Assembly (NCBI GenBank): GCA_052279835.1
Contig: CP181291.1
Span: 416,001 to 480,000, forward strand
Origin: Microcoleus sp.
Lineage (GTDB): Bacteria > Cyanobacteriota > Cyanobacteriia > Cyanobacteriales > Microcoleaceae
Length of the DNA: 64,000 nt
Direction: 5' to 3'
In this document: positions 11,173 to 21,548 of the stretch, one piece after another
Layout of the letters: each line of letters opens with the position of its first letter
Numbering within the stretch: position 1 is the first letter of the stretch
Program-made: the position numbers and the translations under genes
The notes under the pieces: model-generated
Told to the model about the DNA's origin: nothing
What the model saw: only the letters and a program-made list of their open reading frames with translations
Database searches by the model: none

Positions 11173-12147
11173 AGCCTTTGTTATAAATATAGATGCTACT
11201 GGTGAAGGCTGAAAAGGTTTTGCTTGAGGCTTAGCTGATATTTGAGTAGGTGATACTAAGACAGGATTAAGAGCTTGCAATACTTCTGCTGCTGATTGAT
11301 AACGGGCACCCACTGGAAACAGGAGCATTTTATCTAATACTTGCCCCAAGTCATTGCTGATGGAAACTGCCTTATTTCTCCATACCCATGCCATTTGCAT
11401 CGGGTCAAAAAGTTCGTCAACCCAAGTTCCATTATTTTCTTCCAGCAAACACCCGGTTAATAACCGAATGCAAGTTACACCAAGACTGTATAAGTCACTC
11501 GCTGGAAAAACATGACCTTGCATTTGTTCCGGTGGCGCATAACCAGGAGTACCAGTCACAGTTCCCACTCTAGTCAAAACACTACCGCTCAATTCCTTAG
11601 CAACTCCAAAGTCAATCAAGACTAGAGAACAGTGAGAATTTCTAATGATGTTATCCGGCTTAATATCTCGGTGAATTACTTTTTGTTTGTGAACAAAATC
11701 TAATATCGGTAGCAATTCTGTCAGTAATTGCTTAATCTGTTTTTCGCTAAACTTTCCCTGTTTCTGTAATTCTTTTAATAAATCCTCACCGTCAATAAAT
11801 TCTTGTACTAAATAGAACCGTTGATCTTGTTCAAAAAATGCCAATAAATCAGGGATTTGAGGATGTTTACCCAAATCTCGCAGTCTCACTGCTTCTTGTT
11901 TGAATAACTCCGTTGCTTTCTGAATAGCTGCACTCCCTTGTAGTTGCGGGAGAAATTGTTTAATCACACAGATTGTATCAAGTCGATGTTCGTCTACCGC
12001 TTTGAATGTACGGCCAAAACCACCTTCGGAAATGTATTTAACTGCACGGTATCTGTCTCCGAGTAGCAGTTTGTTTCCGCAACGTTGGCAGAATTTGGTG
12101 AGGGATGGGTTTTGATGCAGGCAATCAGGATTAAGGCATTGACTCAT
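11152..12147 (-). CDS. Ser/Thr protein kinase with 4-Cys N-terminal prefix, probably C-terminally truncated
   Basis: MSQCLNPDC..N....FCQRCG; EGGFGRTF, HRDIKPDN, IDFG, GTPGYAPPEQ. Confidence 0.9.
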   Translation of the reverse strand: MSQCLNPDCLHQNPSLTKFCQRCGNKLLLGDRYRAVKYISEGGFGRTFKAVDEHRLDTICVIKQFLPQLQGSAAIQKATELFKQEAVRLRDLGKHPQIPDLLAFFEQDQRFYLVQEFIDGEDLLKELQKQGKFSEKQIKQLLTELLPILDFVHKQKVIHRDIKPDNIIRNSHCSLVLIDFGVAKELSGSVLTRVGTVTGTPGYAPPEQMQGHVFPASDLYSLGVTCIRLLTGCLLEENNGTWVDELFDPMQMAWVWRNKAVSISNDLGQVLDKMLLFPVGARYQSAAEVLQALNPVLVSPTQISAKPQAKPFQPSPVASIFITKALKGFLS

Positions 12148-12235
12148 AAAAAATTCTTAGTTTCACAATTTTAAGATTAACACAATTTATATCATGTCCG
12201 TTGAATTGCCCGCGATCGAATTCTGTCGCGTGGTG

Positions 12236-12336
12236 GGGGCGGGTTTTTGAGATTGTGGGTGGGAATTGGATATTTTTCGTGAACCCGCCCCTACAAATCA
12301 AGAATAAAAATTCATTATAATTGCTCTTTTAATTCA
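12236..12336. repeat. Direct repeat copy 1 (REP-like hairpin plus the last 22 bp of the UDG gene) flanking the RM cassette
   Basis: GGGGCGGGTTTTTGAGATTGTGGGTG...AACCCGCCCCTACAAAT...TTATAATTGCTCTTTTAATTCA; matches 14616-14715. Confidence 0.8.
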
Positions 12337-12392
12337 CCTGGTAACGCATATCCAGAGGCATGCCTCGCTGGTTATGTTAATGTTTTTTACCC

Positions 12393-13307
12393 TCAAAAAT
12401 AGCCTCTTGAAAGCACGTCATCTTCGTCTAGTTCATCTTTGCCAATCATCCCTTCAATTTCAGTTAAAAATCTCAGAAAAACTTCCGGTGCAAAAGGGTT
12501 ATTATCGAGATGGTTTACAAAATAATCTCGATTTTTCTTTCTTCCCTCTACCGTACTAAAAGCACTTCTTATATTAGACGACAACCGCTTGGCTTTTCTC
12601 AGAATTAGTATTTCATCAATAGCTGTGAGTGATGAGCTAATCGGCGACATATCCAGCCATTCACATAGCAAGAAATACTTGGCTCCTGGAACACTCAATT
12701 TTACATCAATGGCAGTTGCCGCGCCCTCTTGAAACATGGTTTTATCAAGATTTGTTTTACACTCAGCCGCAACATAAGCAATATTTGCCTCGCGGGAGGT
12801 ACTCTCCTTAAAATCTTGATTGTGAGAGGCTTTCAAAAATATTTTTCTACTAATTGCAAAATCTTGATCCTTGGCTCGAATACTCATCCCACCACCTTTT
12901 GGACTTACTTTTAAACTTGACTCAAATCGTAATGATGAAAAACACTGTGTTGGGCCAAAGGATAATTCTTTGTCCTTTAATGAATCTGCAAAGACGGTTG
13001 TAACTAAGATAGGTATAAATTCTTCAATGATTGAGTTGTCAAGTTTTAATTGCCCCTTTTGACGGTACAAAAAATCATTGTCACTATCAAAGATTAGTTC
13101 AACGTCAATGTATCGCTTATAGGAGGTTAGATGGGATACCATGTCTGGAACAACTTTCAAATCACCACTGATATTTTCAAGGGTTTCTAACCATTTTTTA
13201 TAGTATTCAATTGCTTGGTCAACACGCCCTTTATCTGTAGGAGGTAGTTTATTATTATAAAGTAATGCTGCTAGTTTATCCCCGTGTGGCTGAGTTAAGT
13301 TAAACAT
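12393..13307 (-). CDS. Bpu10I-family type II restriction endonuclease
   Basis: YRQKGQLKLDNSIIEEF, KDQDFAI, AAECKTNLDKTMFQE, EWLDM; overlaps the end of the methyltransferase. Confidence 0.85.
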   Translation of the reverse strand: MFNLTQPHGDKLAALLYNNKLPPTDKGRVDQAIEYYKKWLETLENISGDLKVVPDMVSHLTSYKRYIDVELIFDSDNDFLYRQKGQLKLDNSIIEEFIPILVTTVFADSLKDKELSFGPTQCFSSLRFESSLKVSPKGGGMSIRAKDQDFAISRKIFLKASHNQDFKESTSREANIAYVAAECKTNLDKTMFQEGAATAIDVKLSVPGAKYFLLCEWLDMSPISSSLTAIDEILILRKAKRLSSNIRSAFSTVEGRKKNRDYFVNHLDNNPFAPEVFLRFLTEIEGMIGKDELDEDDVLSRGYF

Positions 13308-14568
13308 ACATTTCTTCTTTTTGGTTAATTATTTCAATGATTTTCCGTGAACGCTGTAGATCGAAGTAGGGTGATGGCTGTACTTTGTTAGCCTTATCGA
13401 TAGCATCCTTGATTTCATATTTTACTTGTTCATCCGCTAGGGAATAAGCCGACTCTAAGGCTTTTACCGCAATAGTTATGGCTTGATGTATAGTAAAATA
13501 ATACTGTAAACTTTCTACTTTTTTAAAGTGCAGTATATCTTCTTTGAGAGTTTTTCCATAACGATTTACAAAACTTCTTTCTTGACGGATATCTAAACTA
13601 AGACCCAATACTTGACTAGCGACTTCTGCAACTAATTCCCCGTTAAAAAAAGGAGTTTTTTTAATATTTGATTCTCTACCGACTACAAATATTATTCTAC
13701 TGTCATGGCGGCATATTCGTAACAATTCTTGCAAAGTATAGGCGATATCTAAGCAATATTGAATTACTGTTATAAATCTATTACTTCTATGCTTGCGATT
13801 TGAACCAAACTCGGATTTTGCCACCTCTAAAATTTTCCAGTTTAGTGCTTCAGTAGAACCGCGATACTGCTGATGATAGTTAAATACATTGATGTAAGGG
13901 GGGGATGTAATCACAAGATTGACGCTGGAATTTGGTAATGGAACGTTTCTTGCATCGGCATTGTAGGCATTTATCGGCTTTTCGCTATAGGGTAGGTTAA
14001 GCACAAAAGTAGCGAGATTTTTCGCAATGGTGAAAACTCTTGAGTAGGTAACTTTTTTATTTTCTAAATCTAGCAATATCACTAATGCTTGATGTAGAAT
14101 ATTAATTAATTTTTCTTCATTATCAACGGCTAAATATACGATTTTATCTATTATATCATTTTCTGTAAGTTCTTTTTGTATTGTTTGGAAGAGTGGCATT
14201 GTCTCCCAGATATCAGTCTTTAGTCGAGCGAGAAAACAATTGATACATCTTTCACGCTGTCTTGGTGAAATAGTGATAAATTTATAAGTGTTAGCGAGGA
14301 TTAAAGCTGCGGGATTGATTTCTGTTCCGCAGGCTTCCAGTCCTAATCTTCCTGCCTCATATAAAACTGTTCCACAACCTAAAAATGGATCGAAAATCAC
14401 ACTATTTTTATCGGCATATTTATGAATCAAAGTTTCGATAAACTGGGGGGAAAATTGCCCTTTCCAAGGAAGTGGATTAGTACGTTGTTTATCTTCAATG
14501 TCTAATAGTTCTTGAGGAATTTCTTGTCTATTGATAGGAGTTTCACTGAAAATATTAGATAAAACCAT
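13300..14568 (-). CDS. DNA methyltransferase (amino-MTase, SPPY type, likely N4-cytosine)
   Basis: DPFLGCGT SAM-binding motif and ITSPPY catalytic motif; ATG 14568 lies downstream of the repeat. Confidence 0.88.
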   Translation of the reverse strand: MVLSNIFSETPINRQEIPQELLDIEDKQRTNPLPWKGQFSPQFIETLIHKYADKNSVIFDPFLGCGTVLYEAGRLGLEACGTEINPAALILANTYKFITISPRQRERCINCFLARLKTDIWETMPLFQTIQKELTENDIIDKIVYLAVDNEEKLINILHQALVILLDLENKKVTYSRVFTIAKNLATFVLNLPYSEKPINAYNADARNVPLPNSSVNLVITSPPYINVFNYHQQYRGSTEALNWKILEVAKSEFGSNRKHRSNRFITVIQYCLDIAYTLQELLRICRHDSRIIFVVGRESNIKKTPFFNGELVAEVASQVLGLSLDIRQERSFVNRYGKTLKEDILHFKKVESLQYYFTIHQAITIAVKALESAYSLADEQVKYEIKDAIDKANKVQPSPYFDLQRSRKIIEIINQKEEMYV

Positions 14569-14615
14569 AATTCGGATTTTTACTTGGCGCGAATTTGTGA
14601 ATAGATAGAAAGGCC

Positions 14616-14715
14616 GGGGCGGGTTTTTGAGATTGTGGGTGAAAATCATAAATTGTTGGTGAAACCCGCCCCTACAAATAACGAACAAAAATATTATAAT
14701 TGCTCTTTTAATTCA
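14616..14715. repeat. Direct repeat copy 2 flanking the RM cassette
   Basis: Matches 12236-12336. Confidence 0.8.
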
Positions 14716-15380
14716 TCAAATTTAGCCTTGATTGCTTGCATATCTTGCCACATAAACCATTTCGGAGTTTCGGGTTCGCGGGAGGGGTTTCGCAACAAGT
14801 ACGACGGGTGAAAAATTGGCATACACAGGCAATTTTCCCATTCAATCCATTGACCTCGGATTTTACTTATTGGTCGCTTGTCGCTAAGCAAACCTTTGAG
14901 GGCTGTTGCACCGGTTAATAAAATAATTTTGGGGTCTAATATGCGAATTTGTTCGAGTAAGTATGGTTTGCAAGCTTCTATTTCTTTTACTGTCGGAGGG
15001 CGGTTGTTGGGGGGGCGACATTTGATGACGTTGGCAATGAATACGTCGGTTTCTGTATTCAGTCCTACTGATTCTAAAATCTTATCTAAAAGTTGGCCCG
15101 ATCGCCCAACGAATGGCAATCCAGTTTCATCTTCGTTTTGTCCCGGCGCTTCTCCGACAATCAAGATTTTTGCTTGAGGATTGCCGCGCCCGATGACGGC
15201 GTGAGTGCGACTGTTGCCTAATTCGCAGCGGTGACAGCGGTTGCAGTGTGCGGCGATTTCCTCGATATTTTGATAAGTTCCCGGAGGAATGGGAATTTTG
15301 ACATTTGTAGGTATTGAGTCTGTCTGGAAAGTGGCGCTTTGACTGTTGTCAAACAGGCTCAGTTGCAAGTCGCTGGACAT
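14694..15380 (-). CDS. Uracil-DNA glycosylase, family 4 (Fe-S)
   Basis: C..C.RC.L, VGEAPG..ED..G.PFVG.SG, KCRPP.NR.P, HPSYLLR. Confidence 0.93.
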   Translation of the reverse strand: MSSDLQLSLFDNSQSATFQTDSIPTNVKIPIPPGTYQNIEEIAAHCNRCHRCELGNSRTHAVIGRGNPQAKILIVGEAPGQNEDETGLPFVGRSGQLLDKILESVGLNTETDVFIANVIKCRPPNNRPPTVKEIEACKPYLLEQIRILDPKIILLTGATALKGLLSDKRPISKIRGQWIEWENCLCMPIFHPSYLLRNPSREPETPKWFMWQDMQAIKAKFDELKEQL

Positions 15381-15456
15381 ATATTTAAAGATGGGGGAGA
15401 TTTTGGGGAAGCTAGAGTTTATAGTTTAGATCGGGTTTGCTCCTACAGGTAGGAAT

Positions 15457-16143
15457 ATGTTCTCTAGCCCGCTGTTTGATAATCGCGCTGATGCTGGCGA
15501 AAAACTCGCCACGGCTGTTTTGGCAGAGCTCGAAAAATTGAATTTAACCTCGCCAGAGGTGGTGAAACCGATTGTTTATGCTTTGCCGCGCGGGGGTTTG
15601 CCCATCGCAGTGCCCATTGCGCGTTTGTTGGGTTGTCCTTTGGATGTGGTGGTGGCGAAGAAAATTACTCGTCCTGATAATTTAGAATACGCGATCGGCG
15701 CGGCTACTGCTGACGGGGAAGTGGTGTGGCAACAAAAGCCACGCAATTTGTCTTTTCAAACTTTAGCACTCCAGCAGGCTCTCGATCGCGCCCAATCTCT
15801 ACTGGCCGATTTGTCTCCGGGACGTCCAAATGTTAGCGCTGCGGGGGCTTTGGCGATTTTGGTGGATGATGGGATTGCGACGGGGATGACGATGGCTGTG
15901 GCGGCGCAGGCTTTGCGGGATCTGCAACCGCTGGCTTTGTGGATTTGTGTGCCCGTTGCACCGCAGGATTTGCTAGAATTTTTGGAGGAAATGTGCGATC
16001 GCCACATCGTCCTAGAAGCCCCAGACCCTTTTTATAGCGTCAGTCGCTTTTACGCCGAATTTCCGCAAGTGGAGACGGAAGTTGCCTTAGCGTGTTTAAT
16101 GCAACAAAGTGAATGGCGATCGTCAGTTAAGCTAGAAGGTTAA
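15457..16143 (+). CDS. Phosphoribosyltransferase family protein
   Basis: F.NR.DAG..LA, ALPRGG, LVDDGIATG.T. Confidence 0.9.
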   Translation: MFSSPLFDNRADAGEKLATAVLAELEKLNLTSPEVVKPIVYALPRGGLPIAVPIARLLGCPLDVVVAKKITRPDNLEYAIGAATADGEVVWQQKPRNLSFQTLALQQALDRAQSLLADLSPGRPNVSAAGALAILVDDGIATGMTMAVAAQALRDLQPLALWICVPVAPQDLLEFLEEMCDRHIVLEAPDPFYSVSRFYAEFPQVETEVALACLMQQSEWRSSVKLEG

Positions 16144-16167
16144 ATCCAAAAGTGCGATCGCTAATAA

Positions 16168-16458
16168 ATGAGACCTTGGCAATATTGGTTGGATACTTTG
16201 ATTCTATCTAGTCAGCACAATCCTCCTCGCTTTGTTGAGTTGGTGATGTTGACTTTAGCGATGATTTTGTTGGGGTTATGGACTTTCACAGGGCAATGGC
16301 CCTATTTAGCCTTGTCTCTAAGTTATATAATTGGTTCGTCTTTTTCAATTTTAGTGCGAGAATCCCTGGGCCCGCGGCCTCAATTTCAGCTAACTCATAT
16401 CACCGCACTTTTATTGTTAATTATCAGTTTTTATAGTTTTGCTGAATTGATTAGATAA
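16168..16458 (+). CDS. Small membrane protein, hypothetical
   Basis: 96 aa with about three hydrophobic segments, directly after the PRTase. Confidence 0.65.
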   Translation: MRPWQYWLDTLILSSQHNPPRFVELVMLTLAMILLGLWTFTGQWPYLALSLSYIIGSSFSILVRESLGPRPQFQLTHITALLLLIISFYSFAELIR

Positions 16459-16618
16459 GTAGAAGGTAGAAGGTAGAAGGTAGAAGGTAGAAGGTAGAAG
16501 GTAGAAGGAATAATCCCCTTCGACTCCGCTCAGGAACCGCTTCAGGAAGAAGGAAGAATGCTTATACAGTCAATTTTATAGTCAAGTTATTACAGAGGAG
16601 TTTTATCTCCGTCATCTG

Positions 16619-16990
16619 CTAATTAGGTTGGTGTAAAATTAGGCGATTCCCGGCGGGATCGAAGGCGTAGATTTCTAAACCGTGACTAGCTTTAATGATT
16701 TCTCCGGGGGGCGGACATCCTAGGGCCCAAATTCGGGCGATCGCCATTTCGATGTCGCTGACTTCCAAACATAAACTCATGCCTGCTTTTCCGATACCTA
16801 AAAATTCTGATTTGTGGGATTTTTTGGGTTTGAATATGCCTAATCTTAAACCCGGCAGTTGAAATTCAGCATAAGTATTAGGAATGTAAGGATTCGGCTC
16901 GATGTCGAGAAATTTTGTGTAAAATTTAACGAGAACTTCCTTGTCGATATCTGCTAAAGTTACTAGGGCGGCGCTGTAGAGGAAACTCAT
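16619..16990 (-). CDS. VOC/glyoxalase family protein
   Basis: FY..FL...P....P..YAEF.L.GLRLGIF.P; ASHG.EIYA.DP.GNRLILHQ. Confidence 0.85.
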   Translation of the reverse strand: MSFLYSAALVTLADIDKEVLVKFYTKFLDIEPNPYIPNTYAEFQLPGLRLGIFKPKKSHKSEFLGIGKAGMSLCLEVSDIEMAIARIWALGCPPPGEIIKASHGLEIYAFDPAGNRLILHQPN

Positions 16991-17032
16991 ATTATGATTG
17001 ATGGCGGTCGGTTATTTTCCATATTATTATAC

Positions 17033-17653
17033 TTAAAATCCTCCTATTCGTCCGACTATTTGGATTTTACCTTGTCCATCGCCTTTGAGAATGACAGCTT
17101 CACCGCTTTGTGGGACAATATCAGTAATCGCTGTAATATTGACTTGATGCGTTACCAGAATAATCGCGCCTTTTGTATTGCGGTTGTCAAGAATCAACTT
17201 GCGGATTGTCGCTGTTTGTCCCGATTCTTTACTGCTGTCGCTAAAGAACGAATTCAGCGCTGGAAACGGTTCCACTTTGCCTAAATTTAGCAGTTTGGCT
17301 GTTTGCAAACACCGACACCACTGACTCGATAAAACTCTGCTAACTTTGATGTTGCGGTTGCGAAATTCGGCTCCAATTTGCTTGGCTTGGGTTTGTCCCT
17401 GTGGTGATAAATTGCGCTGGGTGGAACAGTCGCCCAACTTAAAGTTAGCAGGATCGCCGGTGCCGGGGGCGATCGCGTGTCGCATGGCTACCACCAAACC
17501 CGTATCGCCCCCTTGCAACAATCTCCACCCCGCTTGAGTTTGTGCGTTGGTTGCTGCGTCAGAATTTGCAGGTACGGTAGTTAAGCCGATCGATAATACT
17601 AAAGCTAGCGTTCCGATCCACCATTTCCAATTGAGGTAATTTCGCGCAGCCAT
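17033..17653 (-). CDS. Histidine phosphatase family protein, exported
   Basis: Signal peptide; MRHA.APG.GDP, QRNLS..G, SS.WCRC..TA, VTHQVNI. Confidence 0.88.
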   Translation of the reverse strand: MAARNYLNWKWWIGTLALVLSIGLTTVPANSDAATNAQTQAGWRLLQGGDTGLVVAMRHAIAPGTGDPANFKLGDCSTQRNLSPQGQTQAKQIGAEFRNRNIKVSRVLSSQWCRCLQTAKLLNLGKVEPFPALNSFFSDSSKESGQTATIRKLILDNRNTKGAIILVTHQVNITAITDIVPQSGEAVILKGDGQGKIQIVGRIGGF

Positions 17654-17708
17654 TGTTGCAAAAATTCAAATATATCTTATCATATTGCAATACGACAAAT
17701 ATTGTGCG

Positions 17709-18176
17709 ATGGAAACCACCAATTTTATTGCTCTGTCTATCATCATTGTTGCCGTCCTGGGGATTGGCCTAGGAACAATGACTTGGGCTTACTTCGGTAA
17801 GGGTAGCGTTTCTGTACTGTTTCAAGAACCCATTTTAAGTTTACCAGCATTTCCGGCTACAGACCCTGGCCGCCAGGCCTCTGTTTATTACCAAGAAGGG
17901 ATTGAGGCCTATAAATCGGGAAATTATCGAAAAGCTAAAGACAAATTTACCAGCGCCTTAAAACTTGTTTCTACTTTGGCAGAAGCTTACCAAAATCGGG
18001 GTTTGGCTTGTGCTAATTTGCGTTCTGATGATGAAGCTGTGCAGAATTTAATTACTGCCAGTGAATTATACCAACAGCAGGGGAATGGAATTGCACTAGA
18101 GTCGCTCAAGCAAAATCTTGAAGCATTGAAACAACGCAAGTTGGAGCGGGAAAAACTGAAAGTCCAAGGAACCTAG
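17709..18176 (+). CDS. Membrane-anchored TPR protein
   Basis: N-terminal TM segment; AEAYQNRGLA.ANL TPR pattern. Confidence 0.8.
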   Translation: METTNFIALSIIIVAVLGIGLGTMTWAYFGKGSVSVLFQEPILSLPAFPATDPGRQASVYYQEGIEAYKSGNYRKAKDKFTSALKLVSTLAEAYQNRGLACANLRSDDEAVQNLITASELYQQQGNGIALESLKQNLEALKQRKLEREKLKVQGT

Positions 18177-18188
18177 ATTGCATCCAGA

Positions 18189-18533
18189 TTAGATTTGTCT
18201 GGTAGCTTCGATGCGATCGATTTGAGCAATTAAAATGGCTCGGCTAGGTGCAACGATGCGATAATTAGTAATTGGATCGTAAGCTTCCCATTCTTTGGTC
18301 ACTTCGCTATCTTGCCAGACAAACCATTCTTTGTAAAGTTCGCCTTCATCAATATCGCCACATACCGCCAGCCAATCATCTCCTCCTAAACTACTGTAGT
18401 CTCCTCCTACTAAGTCTACCCAAGCAGCGGCGATACAATATTCTAGGTTGCTATTGGAATCCACTGTTTTATGATGGGGCTTAACTTGGTTAGACTTAAG
18501 AGAAGTTTCGGGGAGGCAAAGAGTAGAAATCAT
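18189..18533 (-). CDS. Hypothetical protein
   Basis: 114-aa ORF with ATG start and protein-like composition; no family recognised. Confidence 0.5.
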   Translation of the reverse strand: MISTLCLPETSLKSNQVKPHHKTVDSNSNLEYCIAAAWVDLVGGDYSSLGGDDWLAVCGDIDEGELYKEWFVWQDSEVTKEWEAYDPITNYRIVAPSRAILIAQIDRIEATRQI

Positions 18534-18927
18534 AAGTAGTTCCTGAATGTCATGTTGTTACTTTAGAAAAAATCCCTGTGTGTTAGTGACAGCAAAATGA
18601 CACTATCCCAACCATCACAGTTTTTCGCTCGATCGACTCTGACACCCGATTGCACTCTATGCCTTGTGGGGTAGGGCTTGAGACTGTTTGCGAAGTACAA
18701 GCAGCCGCGGCTGAATTTAGCCAATTTGCAAACTGGCACAAGGAGCAAGCTGCGATGTATGCAGGAAGGAAGAAGGAAGAAGCAGCAATACCAATGCTTT
18801 GAGCAATTAAAAACGTCCTCAACGTTTTGGGAGTTGCTGAGGGGTGGGGAGTCGAGAATAAAGCTATACTTGATAAGTTGGGCAGTTTCCGTACAGTTCG
18901 CGAAGATTCTTGGTTAATCAGGTCAAT

Positions 18928-19764
18928 ATGCTAGAACTCCACTGTCACACAACTTATTCCGATGGTACTCTCACCCCTGGGGAACTTGTCGCGGCTGCTG
19001 CTGCGTCTGGGGTTCGTGCTTTGGCGATCACAGATCACGATACTATGTCTGGTTGGGATGAAGCTTTTGTGGCGGCCCTTTTGTACAATCTCGAAATAGT
19101 GCCCGGAGTAGAACTTAGTACAGTCCACAACGATCGCTCTTTGCACATTTTAGGTTTTTATCCCGATGCAAATAAGCTGCGCGTTCCTTTGAACGATCGC
19201 CTAGAAGGACGGTTTAGGCGATCGCAAGAAATGGTGGACAAATTAGCAGCCATGGGATACCCCATCGCATTACCAAAAACCTCCCCAGGTATGGCACCAG
19301 GAAGACCTCACCTTGCGTCTGCATTGGTAGCAGCCGGTTATGCCAAATCATCGCGGGAAGCCTTCGATCGGTGGTTGGGCGATAGTGGACCTGCTTACGT
19401 TCGTTACGAAAAATTCTCCATCGTCGAAGGTATTGATTTATTGCGGAGTAGTGGCGCAGTACCAGTGTGGGCTCACCCTTATTTATTTCGCGGCGGAGTT
19501 GTGGAAGAAGTCTTAAAAGAATTAGTAGATGCGGGTTTAATGGGAGTGGAAGTATACCATCCCAGCCACAGTTCCAGTCAGATTCAAAAATTGCAAGATT
19601 TGTGCTTGCACTACGGTTTGTTGATGACCGGTGGTAGCGACTATCACGGCCCAGAACTCGCCATAAATAAAAAAAAAGGAATTGAAAGTACCACTCTTAA
19701 TATGCTGCATTTACCTTTAGAATTGCTAGAACCAGTTAAAGTTGCGGCGGCCAGTTTGAAGTAG
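18928..19764 (+). CDS. PHP domain protein (TrpH-like)
   Basis: LHCHTTYSDG, AITDHD, GVELS, HILG, GRPH, AHP, TGGSDYHG. Confidence 0.93.
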   Translation: MLELHCHTTYSDGTLTPGELVAAAAASGVRALAITDHDTMSGWDEAFVAALLYNLEIVPGVELSTVHNDRSLHILGFYPDANKLRVPLNDRLEGRFRRSQEMVDKLAAMGYPIALPKTSPGMAPGRPHLASALVAAGYAKSSREAFDRWLGDSGPAYVRYEKFSIVEGIDLLRSSGAVPVWAHPYLFRGGVVEEVLKELVDAGLMGVEVYHPSHSSSQIQKLQDLCLHYGLLMTGGSDYHGPELAINKKKGIESTTLNMLHLPLELLEPVKVAAASLK

Positions 19765-19880
19765 TTTTTTAGGGTGAATTTTGCCGATAAATTTATATAA
19801 ATAAATGTGAATTTCAAGTTAACGACTTAGTAAATAGTAGTAAGATAGTAAAAACATTAAATTGCTTAGCGGAGTGTGCT

Positions 19881-20090
19881 ATGAGTACAGAAGATAGAGC
19901 AAAGGCGATCGGCAAAAATGTAGAAGGTAAAGTTCAAGAAGTTTTCGGCAATATCACAGGCAACAAAAAAGACCAGGCTGAAGGTAAGGCAAAACAAGCT
20001 GAAGCTGCCGCCCGCCATGCAGCAGAAGATCTGAAAAATGCCGTGAAAAATGTGACAGACAAGGCGAAAAAGGCGATCGACAAGTTGTAG
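19881..20090 (+). CDS. CsbD family stress protein
   Basis: EDRAKA..KN.EGK.QE..G..TG...DQAEG.AKQ. Confidence 0.88.
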   Translation: MSTEDRAKAIGKNVEGKVQEVFGNITGNKKDQAEGKAKQAEAAARHAAEDLKNAVKNVTDKAKKAIDKL

Positions 20091-20245
20091 AAAATATAGT
20101 ATAGCCTTTCTCAGTTAGGTGGGTACTAGGTAATGGGTAATCGGTAATCGGTAATGGCTAATGGGGCACTTGGGCGCTCGCCAAGTCGAAGGGGAGGAAC
20201 CGCGTAGTCGAAGCATTACCAATTACCTATTACCTATTACCTAAT

Positions 20246-21316
20246 TTAATTCTTGCGATCGGTTCTGGGATCGAGAGCATCCCGCAACCCATCACCCAAT
20301 AAATTAAACGCCAAAACCGTGAGAATAATTAAGATAGCTGGGGGCCAAACTAACCAAGGTTGCAATACTAAAACTGAAGCATTAGTAGACAGGGAGAGTA
20401 AATTTCCCCAAGAAGGATCGGGCTGTTGAATTCCCAACCCAATCAAACTCAAAACTGACTCCGCTACAATAAAACTAGGCACGGATAAAGTAGCAGAAAT
20501 AATCACGTAAGTGGCAGTTTGGGGCAATACATGACGGACAATAATATAAAGTGGATTTGCACCCATTGCCCTCGCTGCTTGGACGAATTCTAGTTGTTTA
20601 ATGGAGAGCACTTGACCGCGAATTACCCGCGCTAAACCAGTCCAACTGATGAATGAAGTAATAATGACAATCAGGATAAATCGCTGAGCGCTTGTCAATC
20701 CCGGTGGTAGAACTGCTGCTAATGCTACTAATAAATAAAGACCGGGAATTGTCATCAATACTTCCACAAAGCGCATTAAAACACTATCAATCCAACTCCC
20801 AAAATAACCTGAAATTCCTCCGATTAACAATCCCAAAGGAAAAGAAATTGCTATTCCTACTAAACCGATGCTGAGGCTAATGCGGCTGCCGTGTACTAAG
20901 CGACTAAATTGGTCGCGAGCTTGTTCGTCCGTGCCTAACAGGTTAATTCTGGCTTCTCCCGTAGCACCAAATAGGTGTCGATCGCCTGAAATAATTCCGA
21001 ACAACTTATAGGGATAACCTTTGGTAAAGAAAACCAAAGAGGAGGGTTTGCGGGTGTCTACAATTACTTTGCGATCGCCTGTATTTACATCCACAGAACC
21101 TTGGGTAGTAGGATAAATATGGGGACCAATAAATTGCCCGTCTGGTGCGGTGAAATGAATCTGCGTCGGCGGCAATAAGGAAGCGTTTAATAGGGAGTCG
21201 TAGGGGTCGTAAGGTGCTACAAAATCAGCTAAAATCGCTACAGTGTAAAAAATCAATAGCAACACTGCTCCAAACTTAGCTAGAGGATTATGTTTCAGGT
21301 TTTGCCACCATTTCAT
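20246..21316 (-). CDS. Peptide ABC transporter permease (DppC/OppC-like)
   Basis: LGTDEQARD.FSRL.HG.RISL, EFVQAARAMGA (EAA loop), NLLGDGLRDALDP. Confidence 0.93.
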   Translation of the reverse strand: MKWWQNLKHNPLAKFGAVLLLIFYTVAILADFVAPYDPYDSLLNASLLPPTQIHFTAPDGQFIGPHIYPTTQGSVDVNTGDRKVIVDTRKPSSLVFFTKGYPYKLFGIISGDRHLFGATGEARINLLGTDEQARDQFSRLVHGSRISLSIGLVGIAISFPLGLLIGGISGYFGSWIDSVLMRFVEVLMTIPGLYLLVALAAVLPPGLTSAQRFILIVIITSFISWTGLARVIRGQVLSIKQLEFVQAARAMGANPLYIIVRHVLPQTATYVIISATLSVPSFIVAESVLSLIGLGIQQPDPSWGNLLSLSTNASVLVLQPWLVWPPAILIILTVLAFNLLGDGLRDALDPRTDRKN

Positions 21317-21343
21317 AGTTTTTTAATTGTTGAAGGTTAACTT

Positions 21344-21548
21344 TTGTTATTGGTTATTGGTTATTTGTTGTTTGTTATTTGTTGTTTGTTATTGGTTATT
21401 TGTTATTGGTTATTTGTTGTTTGTTATTTGTTATTTGTTAGTTTAGTCATGACTAATGACTACTGACTACTGACTAATGACTAATGACTAATGACTAATG
21501 ACTAATGACTACTGACTAATGACTACTGACTAATGACTAATGACTACT
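21344..21548. repeat. Heptamer tandem repeats (TTGTTAT, then GACTAAT)
   Basis: Read directly. Confidence 0.9.
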
